From: an uncultured candidatus Porisulfidus sp. | GTDB taxonomy: Bacteria > Pseudomonadota > Gammaproteobacteria > Poriferisulfidales > Oxydemutatoraceae | DNA: 64,000 nt | Reading direction: 5' to 3' | Assembly (NCBI GenBank): GCA_965215125.1 | Contig: OZ244052.1 | Location: 352,001-416,000, forward strand | Shown here: piece by piece, positions 58,301 to 64,000 of the stretch | Position numbering within the stretch: the stretch's first letter is position 1 | Layout of the letters: each line of letters begins with the position of its first letter | Made by a program: the position numbers and the translations under genes | Notes under the pieces: generated by a model | What the model was told of the DNA's origin: nothing | Databases searched by the model: none | What the model saw: the letters and a program-made list of their open reading frames with translations, nothing else

Positions 58301-61300
58301 TGCCAGTGCCACCGATAATCTAGCCGCTAGATTAGCCTTCACTTGGGTTTCCGAGTATGACTCGGTAATCAAACCGGCAACATTCCTGCCGACCAAGCCG
58401 CCTACCATTGCCGATGTGCCGTTACCTCTCGCTGCTACATAACCACTCGCATAACTCCGGCTAATATCGCCCGCTCGGTTATAGCCGACCAGACCACCAA
58501 CATGCGCACCTCCGACTATATCTACACCCGTCAAACCAATACCTTCTATTACGACATCGCTTTTGCTGCCGTCTAGCACACCGAACAGTCCGATATAGTC
58601 GCTATCCGGGCTATTCACTCTCAAATTAGAAATCGTATAGCCGTTGCCTTTGAATATTGACGTGAACGGATGTAGCGAGGTGCCTATCGGCTGCCAGCCT
58701 GACCCGGTAGTCCAGGCGGTGTTCACGCTCCCCGCTCGGTAATGTGCCGGATTATCAAAGTCTAAATCTTGCAATAACTCATAGCCTTTGCAACCGGTCA
58801 TCGGACAACCTTTGGCACTTTCTATCAATACACCATCGGCGTTTTGATGCCTAAGACTTCTGCCGTCCAACGCATTGCGTATCGCATCCAAATCTTCCAG
58901 TGTTAGAATATCTATCAACCCATCTTTATCGGTATCGACATCCTCTTCAAAACCGGAAGAGAAATAATCGACTTCAAAGCGATATCGGATGCGCCGATCC
59001 CCCGAAACTTCAACACTAATCACGGTCGTATCGGTCGAATGCAACGCAATTGCCGAACTGCCGGTGCCGGTTTTGACCGTCTCGTCAAAACCATTATCAC
59101 TAACGATGCGAATGGTTGCATCCTCATCCAGTGCATTCGGTGTCAAATGTAACTGCTTTATGTTTGCATCCAATTCTACGCCGAGGCGATAATGCAATTT
59201 AGTCGTACTGAAGTTCGGAGATAAGGTCACAACTTCTGCGATCGTTAAACTTGCCAAACCATAAGACTGTAAGCCGGCGAGCGTGCTTTCGGTGTTGGTG
59301 GTATATTTAAGAATCGGATAGTGATATACATCGCCGAAATGCCAATCGTTATCGCGCCACCGGTAATACACTCCGCCTGCATCCGACGATTGACCGGTGC
59401 CCGATTGCAGTTGCAGGGCAGTCTTGCCGATACCGGCGGCGGATATTCGTATGTTGCTCACACCGGTATCCCAATAGCTATTTGCTACATGACCACCGAC
59501 ATTACGACCGATTAGCCCGCCCGTGGCAACCGTATACGAGCTACACGCAGGCACACCGGTGCATACGATATCCGCCATCGCATAACTGTTGCGAACCGAA
59601 CCACCGTTGTCACCGACCAAACCGCCTATAAGTGTAACTCCTTCAACAACACCGCTTGCATAAGTGTTTGCAATAGAACCGAGGTTCAAGGCGACCAAAC
59701 CACCTATACTATCGTTGCCCGATACACGGTTCAAGCTGTAGCTGTTTGTAATCACCCCGGCGTTTTCGTTGCGAGCGACCAAACCACCGACCATACGACC
59801 GCCCGATACCGCACCGTAAGCATAACTATTGGAAATCCGACCGACATTATAAGCAACCAATCCTCCGACATCACGTTCTCCGACCACCGTAGCATCGGCA
59901 GAGCTGTTGTCTATAATCCCAGCATTATAGGCGGTCAGACTTCCGACACCGAAGCGACCCCCGACCTCTACATCCGCCAAGTTAACATTTCTGACTTGCG
60001 CAGCGTCGGCTAATGCCGCAAATAGACCGACATTGTCGGTAGCGGTTTTATCTATACGCAGATTTGAAATGGTATGATTGTTGCCGTCGAATATCGCCGC
60101 AAAGCATCGGCTTTGCGTACCGATACAATCAAGCGTCGTAGCGTCGATCGCCCCGATCGGATGCCAGTCAAAACCGGAAAGGTCTATGCTCGCCACAAGT
60201 TCGTAGCCTTTGCAACCGACGGTCGGGGTGGTCGGACACCCCAAGGCGATTTTGGTATCGTCGCGACTCGCTTTATAACCGCTACCGTCCAGTTGATAAC
60301 GAATCGCATTTAGGTCCTCCGCACTGCGAACTTCTATCAAACCGTCGTCGTCTTCGTCTATATCGTTGACGGTAATAAGGGAATGTCTGATGACCCCAAA
60401 ATGATAGGTCGTTGTTTGCGTGGTCATAGATGTCAGAGGTTCATCTACTACCAATGTCAACAAGGAATTGTTGAGATTGTCTATTATTACACTATGAGCT
60501 CTACCGCTTTGCAATTTTTTGGTTCCGTTTTTATCGCTGATCACGATCATCGCTTGCGAGTTAAATGAATGCGGAATAATACTAAATTCACGCGCATCGC
60601 TTTTTACTATCAACTCGTAATCGTATATCCCGGAATTAAAGTCGGGTCTTAGCAGAAAAACCTGACCGATTCGATTTGAGTGCGCTAGATTGCTTAAGCC
60701 AATACCCTGATTTAGCAACAAAGTTCCACACATCGGCAATTCGGTATCGGCATCTTCGGTTGTTCGGCACGCCGGGCGAGTGATTATATCGGTAGCACTG
60801 GTATACCTTAATACCGGATATTGACCGGACTCGGAATACCAATCGTTGCTATCCCAGTTGCTATAGATCCCATCTCCGATCGCAGCTGTTCGAAGCTCTG
60901 TTGTCGTCTTGCCGATACCGGTAACATCATCCCCGTCGTCTGCCACCCCGCTCGTAACAACATCCCAATAACTCGCATCGGCACTGCCAAGCGAAGCTCG
61001 ACCCAATAATCCACCGATAAGCCTTCTGCTCGTCACCTTGCCGATCGCATAGCTATTACTCACCACGATCCCCGATTGTGATAGCTCACCTACCAAGCCA
61101 CCGACAAAGTCACTTCCGATAACCGCACCGCTCGCATAACTATTGTGAATATCCCTAGTCGAAATACCGACTAAACCACCTACAAAGTCATTCCCGACAA
61201 CCGCACCGCTTGCATAACTATTATGAATTTTTCCACCTATTGCATTAGAACCGACTAAACCGCCGGTAATGGCAAAGCGTCCATTTACCGAAACATCTGC

Positions 61301-64000
61301 ATAGCTATTGACGATCGTGCCACCGTCATTCCTACCGACCAAACCTCCTACATAGAGATGGCCTTGAACATCACCGCCGATCACATAGCTGTTGACGATT
61401 TCACCTAAATTAAGACCTACCAAAGTACCGATACTATAGAGATCATGCCGGCTCATATCAATATCCACATTGAGTAGACCGATATGCTCAATTCTCGCAC
61501 CGTCCGCCACAACACCGAATAAACCGATATCGCCGACCGGCATACCCTGAATCCTCAAGTTTGATATCGTATGTGCATTTCCGTTGAATAAACCGCTAAA
61601 AGGATTGCGACGGTTTCCTATCGGTTGCCAACCCGCACCGGTCGTCCATATCGGGTTGATCACACCCGCACGATAACTCGTAGGATTCTTAAAATCTAAA
61701 TCTCTAGCCAATTTATAACCCTTACACCGCCTCGCACCGTCCTCGGTGTCTATAGGGCAATCCTTCAAGGTGGCGGATACCTGCGCCAAAGCGTAACGCA
61801 TCAGGTTCAAGTCGTCTAGATAATCAATCGTTATGAAGTCATCGACTACTGCGATATCTTGCAATACCTTAATCGTATAGAATGTCGGCATGCCTTGTGT
61901 TGCGGATTGAACCTTAAGCACAATACTATCTAAATCGTCGCTTAGAGTAAACAATGAACTTTGCCCGCTACGCTTTGATGAACTCAAGCCACCTGCATCT
62001 ACGGTGATCGTATCGGTGCCGTAATAAGCGGTCGGTGTGGTACGAACCTTATCGCCCGAACCAACGACTAAATGATAGTCGTATATCTCAAGATTAAATG
62101 CCGGAAGCAAGCGTGCATTTTTTGAAAGCTCCATTTGAACCAACCCGGCACGTTGTTCGGGTAGCAAGGCTCCGCAATACGGTTGTTGTTTCGGCAATCT
62201 CGGTAAATGACTACGACAAATAATCGTCTTGTCATGCTCCGACAAGCCTGCAGATAATCTGCCGTTGCACTCCGATAATTGCTGCGGCAACGGTTGTCTG
62301 CATGCCGTATTGTCGTCATCGCCTGTTGCATAAAGCAACGCCGGATATTGATCTGCATTACCGAAGTGCCAATCGGCTCTATCCCACCCGGTATAAATAT
62401 CATTCGACGGCACACCGGCTTCAAGTTCTATCATAGTTTTATCGGTGCCGATCAGTGAATCGGTCCCGGAGATAACCGCACCTTTTCTGTAATAGCTATC
62501 GACAACCGTATGTTCGGCTTTATAGGTTGCTACCAAACCTCCCGCACTTCCACTATTTGCCTGCACATCACCGATTGTATAGCTCATGTGAATTTTTGAA
62601 TGATTAATACCGACCAAACCGCCTACATTGCCTGCACGCCCATTACTTGCTTGCACATCACCGACTGCATAGCTATTAACAATAGAACCACCTATTTCAT
62701 TCCAACCGACCAAACCGCCGGCGCGATTATTATCCACTTGTACGTCAACATGCGCATAGCTGTTGACGATTGTGCCGTGTCTTTTTCTACCCACCAAACC
62801 GCCACCGTCGTTGACCTTGGCTAAGAGCTTACCCTCTGCATAGCTATTGATAATCGTACCAAAGCTGTAACCGGCGATGGTGCCGACATTACTCTGTCCG
62901 GTGATATTCACATTCATTAGACCGACATTCTCAACTCTGCCACCGGCTCCGATCGCTCCGAATAAACCTACCTCATTGGTACTGCCCGCCTTTATGGTCA
63001 AATTGGAAATCGTGTAGCCGTTGCCTTTGAATACACCGCTAAAAGGTTTATTAAAAGTACCTATGGGCCACCAAGAAATCCCGGCAAGGTCTATGTCGGC
63101 AGTCAATTCATACCCTCTGCACCCGTTAGCACAATAGATCGCATCGGCGGTCTCGCGTTCTTGATAAGCACTACCGTGCAGACGGTGACGGACGGCATTC
63201 AAATGTGTCGCATTGCTTATATCTATTAATCCATCACCGTCTTCGTCTATGTTTTGCGCGACGACGTCGAGTCGATTGACGACGAATTGATATCGGTACG
63301 AATGTCGTTTGCCGTCTTTTACGACCAAACTAAAAACCGTATCGACGAAGTCGTTCAACGGAATAGGCACCGTCCATTCACCGCTATCGGTTTCTCCTAT
63401 TGCGTTGCCATTCTTAACAACCTCAATCTTTGCTGCCCTATTAAACGCAGTCGGTAACATGCGAATAGTACTGCGATCGGCATTGACCGATATACCGTAA
63501 TCAAATGATGTGGAATTAAAAGAACCGGACAAACCTGCGCTTTCGGATAATTTTAGGTCTTGCAATAAACTCCCTTGATGACGAAGCAAAGTGTGGCACG
63601 CATCGGGACGTCTCTGAATATCCGCCACATCACAATATGCATCACCATCGGTAGAGTCGGCACGCAAATTATACTTGATCGCCGGGTATTGCTTAGCGGT
63701 GCCGAAATCCCAGTTATCGCTACCCCAGCTCGTATAGATACCGGTCGCACTCGTCGGTGATTGAAGTTCGGCGGTGCGCTTACCCTCTCCCAAAGTCACA
63801 TTGGTTTCGGAAATATCTTCGTCTAAATAAATTGTGTAGACAGTCGGCGCAAGCCGATCTTGCGGATTCCTATTGCCACCGAATAAGCCTTGCGACACAC
63901 CGGCTTTGGTTGCCGAAACGCTCGCATAGCTGTTGCCGATATCAATGGCAGACGATGTGCGCACGCCGATTAAACCGCCTATAAACGCGTCATCGTGTTC
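52382..64000 (-). CDS. Gene D: giant GLUG-repeat / cadherin-like surface protein, 5'-truncated by window edge (from within module 4 to C-terminus)
   Basis: The track ORF begins at an internal GTG (63964), but the frame is open to 64000 (EHDDAFIGGLIGVR), matching gene A at ~9936. If collinear with A, the true start lies about 6 kb beyond the window. Ends STDIFVNIRVFPEGLLR*. Confidence 0.9.
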   Translation of the reverse strand, partial: EHDDAFIGGLIGVRTSSAIDIGNSYASVSATKAGVSQGLFGGNRNPQDRLAPTVYTIYLDEDISETNVTLGEGKRTAELQSPTSATGIYTSWGSDNWDFGTAKQYPAIKYNLRADSTDGDAYCDVADIQRRPDACHTLLRHQGSLLQDLKLSESAGLSGSFNSTSFDYGISVNADRSTIRMLPTAFNRAAKIEVVKNGNAIGETDSGEWTVPIPLNDFVDTVFSLVVKDGKRHSYRYQFVVNRLDVVAQNIDEDGDGLIDISNATHLNAVRHRLHGSAYQERETADAIYCANGCRGYELTADIDLAGISWWPIGTFNKPFSGVFKGNGYTISNLTIKAGSTNEVGLFGAIGAGGRVENVGLMNVNITGQSNVGTIAGYSFGTIINSYAEGKLLAKVNDGGGLVGRKRHGTIVNSYAHVDVQVDNNRAGGLVGWNEIGGSIVNSYAVGDVQASNGRAGNVGGLVGINHSKIHMSYTIGDVQANSGSAGGLVATYKAEHTVVDSYYRKGAVISGTDSLIGTDKTMIELEAGVPSNDIYTGWDRADWHFGNADQYPALLYATGDDDNTACRQPLPQQLSECNGRLSAGLSEHDKTIICRSHLPRLPKQQPYCGALLPEQRAGLVQMELSKNARLLPAFNLEIYDYHLVVGSGDKVRTTPTAYYGTDTITVDAGGLSSSKRSGQSSLFTLSDDLDSIVLKVQSATQGMPTFYTIKVLQDIAVVDDFITIDYLDDLNLMRYALAQVSATLKDCPIDTEDGARRCKGYKLARDLDFKNPTSYRAGVINPIWTTGAGWQPIGNRRNPFSGLFNGNAHTISNLRIQGMPVGDIGLFGVVADGARIEHIGLLNVDIDMSRHDLYSIGTLVGLNLGEIVNSYVIGGDVQGHLYVGGLVGRNDGGTIVNSYADVSVNGRFAITGGLVGSNAIGGKIHNSYASGAVVGNDFVGGLVGISTRDIHNSYASGAVIGSDFVGGLVGELSQSGIVVSNSYAIGKVTSRRLIGGLLGRASLGSADASYWDVVTSGVADDGDDVTGIGKTTTELRTAAIGDGIYSNWDSNDWYSESGQYPVLRYTSATDIITRPACRTTEDADTELPMCGTLLLNQGIGLSNLAHSNRIGQVFLLRPDFNSGIYDYELIVKSDAREFSIIPHSFNSQAMIVISDKNGTKKLQSGRAHSVIIDNLNNSLLTLVVDEPLTSMTTQTTTYHFGVIRHSLITVNDIDEDDDGLIEVRSAEDLNAIRYQLDGSGYKASRDDTKIALGCPTTPTVGCKGYELVASIDLSGFDWHPIGAIDATTLDCIGTQSRCFAAIFDGNNHTISNLRIDKTATDNVGLFAALADAAQVRNVNLADVEVGGRFGVGSLTAYNAGIIDNSSADATVVGERDVGGLVAYNVGRISNSYAYGAVSGGRMVGGLVARNENAGVITNSYSLNRVSGNDSIGGLVALNLGSIANTYASGVVEGVTLIGGLVGDNGGSVRNSYAMADIVCTGVPACSSYTVATGGLIGRNVGGHVANSYWDTGVSNIRISAAGIGKTALQLQSGTGQSSDAGGVYYRWRDNDWHFGDVYHYPILKYTTNTESTLAGLQSYGLASLTIAEVVTLSPNFSTTKLHYRLGVELDANIKQLHLTPNALDEDATIRIVSDNGFDETVKTGTGSSAIALHSTDTTVISVEVSGDRRIRYRFEVDYFSSGFEEDVDTDKDGLIDILTLEDLDAIRNALDGRSLRHQNADGVLIESAKGCPMTGCKGYELLQDLDFDNPAHYRAGSVNTAWTTGSGWQPIGTSLHPFTSIFKGNGYTISNLRVNSPDSDYIGLFGVLDGSKSDVVIEGIGLTGVDIVGGAHVGGLVGYNRAGDISRSYASGYVAARGNGTSAMVGGLVGRNVAGLITESYSETQVKANLAARLSVALAGGLVALNDNRSRIENSYAIGSIIGQDTVGGLVAINRDSSEIINSYAVNRVIAVGARSKVGGLVAVNDAVVDDSYWDIEASGIASSAGGSSATTAILRSSTPTSPINSIYKNWDADVWEFADASRYPELKAIADVPLLVPEGKSLLQSLTLSNNVRLFPSFHPLIFDYELIAESARMTEVRVDTTSTRVGTTIDIACRNGLICSSGIPTSFVLDGSHTPEITITTHNPDAGELSYHFSVRYDELKIERVTATTTTIVPLSLSVAEGERVRLMISYNFTLDEDLYRYKWQQSAGDVLKFNDRLSSVDTQSAVLDFTVPGDVVSKQDDSHVVQLTAEIGVGDVYMSRAISLIVSKANNDIADRIRLIEDNDKPYTYAVRLEREDGSDFVDRDGGLAETHIQWQRRRSDAEDWINVGSESTYTIPNEGAYQYRVLATYEDNQGYREQLASRVIDYLDIDDDNDGLIEIRYLEDLDAIRYVLDGSGYKADAMSTTNTTGCASGGCKGYELMNDLDFTDDASYRTPSPSLLKNSWTVSDFRDASDSGWQPISGFNAVFNGNGYTISNMQINRSVGYQSNIGLFSNIGSGGRVKNLGLVDPTIKGLAGIKNVGGIAGRIERGGVIMNSYVVGDVGAGNTDKIITGDVGFGNGIGFIGGMVGWNKGFILNSYARINVTAEDSGTLANKRVGVGGLVGRNIDGGKVYNSYATGEVKGPCIVGGLVGNQFSTNSDELPKRSEIKNSYATGNVETGFGTCVNSNDRVAGGLVGFNNNSAIENSYTLGEVSGDGTLNGLVAGRFPVGNGSIAKPVNSYWNFSMNCNEGLIFDSDNNRIPVVFCYKSFAPTSVHPGARLSFGLQSATTPDFNYAACIEDSGIIRNCRTYTNWSTTDWHFGNAEQYPALKYGVGLDAADPGCDTDPGTALPSCNALLSGQIADALLLDRLSLSANSRAVRLTPSFKSSRFNYEAIIETEELPLIINIATDADEGTAITIRKDGGAPLTKQSDGTVQISANKSFRLKIETTLGNNRKANYQVQVRLKYPILPNIRKTINGTPLTDIPKQSILFLDEGDVVRFDIAWDGLIGRLFAFRSSWVSGKPLSETMATREFTVPVDFVARDEDDSMVTLRWEFNEINNPESSVREIPISVRKANNGNSTSTVKWISSDTLSASNLSDDIDGGPLTDIGYRWLLEQNGKFIAIPGATRKSYTPPEDARNAQYRLSISYTDGQGYRTNIHHDAPPYADIATHKDKDNDGLIEIETLEDLNAVRYQPDGSGYRASSTASKIATGCPDGRCRGYELVRDLDFLDDASYSSTANKVAWTTAAGWQPIGTVTNNDCSDADSDCFAGIFDGNGYRITNLRINRDTTDEIGLFAGNTGTIRNLGLSAIEIRGNARVGGLVGRNEGELINAYVDGGSVVGQNNIIGLLTGVSVSGASIINSYARGTVGGSRFVGGICGVNFGMISKSYAVADVSAERDAGGLVGENQGAISNGYAAGSVSISDKKQAVGGLVGTLWAGGSVSNSYSAAEVKTTFVATANTDAQYVGGLIGIRQSPGLIVANSYWDTDASGQTNSPGGGTAKTELQMPTAPGTMVNDIYYTWDSDDWDFGTADEYPVLKYRDNTCGTSTPSPDCGRLLLHQRIGLRSLKLEQNVGAGHLYLSPDFDPAVTTYTVSVHADASELRVTPIAANPDASIIADGNVLPTNDTGYSVLLNTSEPTSTVIRVATSNAAGMEAPVVYKLTINNNRLPRISINAPASIVEGETFALNAAIADPEGDELSYSLSMIPNLLSDIERSTGTVVGRADLRYEHGIPNDLLDEMQNTDVVDIVLTVDDGLGVAGETAQFAMIKKNNGVISVPAPTLNGFRYTIAGIDLSSDSDGTNPTPEIAYRWQKELLGSWLDIDGATDQSHTVEGIIGDRYRVLIDYTDKQGYRHRGLASPAMSAPQQFIYNVVRSRGVLRTSVVRSTDIFVNIRVFPEGLLR

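Larger units (their letters stand above)
1..64000 (-). repeat. Tandem array of at least four ~18 kb paralogous gene units
   Basis: Starts at 16026, 34009 and 52077 (spacing 17983 and 18068); stops at 16196, 34339 and 52382. There are long near-identical DNA blocks, e.g. 16260-16560 vs 34403-34703 vs 52446-52746. Shadow ORFs in the track recur near-verbatim about every 18 kb. Confidence 0.97.

Noticed and set aside
63962-63964. GTG start for gene D
   Set aside because: It is an internal Val codon; the frame continues to the window edge and matches mid-module 4 of the paralogs.
481-63984. The many short (60-155 aa) plus-strand and alternate-frame ORFs in the track
   Set aside because: All overlap the giant genes. 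They recur about every 18 kb only because the host DNA is repeated, and show no recognisable protein features.
1-64000. Diversity-generating retroelement or shufflon as the source of variation
   Set aside because: There is no reverse transcriptase or site-specific recombinase in the window, no non-coding template repeat and no inverted cassettes. Differences include indels and all base types, with no obvious adenine specificity by eye. Trans-acting factors outside the window cannot be excluded.
1-64000. CRISPR-like periodicity (~78-84 bp recurrence of accaaaccgccg / gcatagctatt)
   Set aside because: These are degenerate coding repeats of GGLV and NSYA in GLUG coils, not identical repeats with unique spacers.

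Overview
This 64 kb window is almost entirely a head-to-tail tandem array of four paralogous giant genes on the minus strand, repeating about every 18 kb. Gene A (16026..<1) runs off the left edge and is missing from the ORF track. Gene B spans 34009..16196, gene C 52077..34339, and gene D (>64000..52382) runs off the right edge. Each full gene encodes a ~5,900-aa Sec-signal protein built from 10 super-modules: a DxDxDG Ca-binding-like cap, a GLUG-type GGLVG beta-helix, a WDFG/Cys cap and a cadherin-like beta-sandwich. Extra Ig-like domains are interspersed, and B, C and D end in a conserved IFVNIRVFPEG(F/L)LR tail. Each short intergenic gap carries its own extended -10 promoter (TGnTATAAT). 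The most striking signal is that the paralogs are fine-scale mosaics of one another. Tracts of about 50 bp to 2.4 kb switch closest relative repeatedly, GLUG coils are gained or lost in whole units, pieces are copied between modules, and a 4-Cys loop region is hypervariable. This suggests a recombination-diversified array of giant surface proteins (probably adhesins) with an unrecognised export or anchoring tail. No recombinase, reverse transcriptase, transposase, RNA gene or CRISPR array is visible. All comparisons were made by eye, and assembly chimerism must be excluded.
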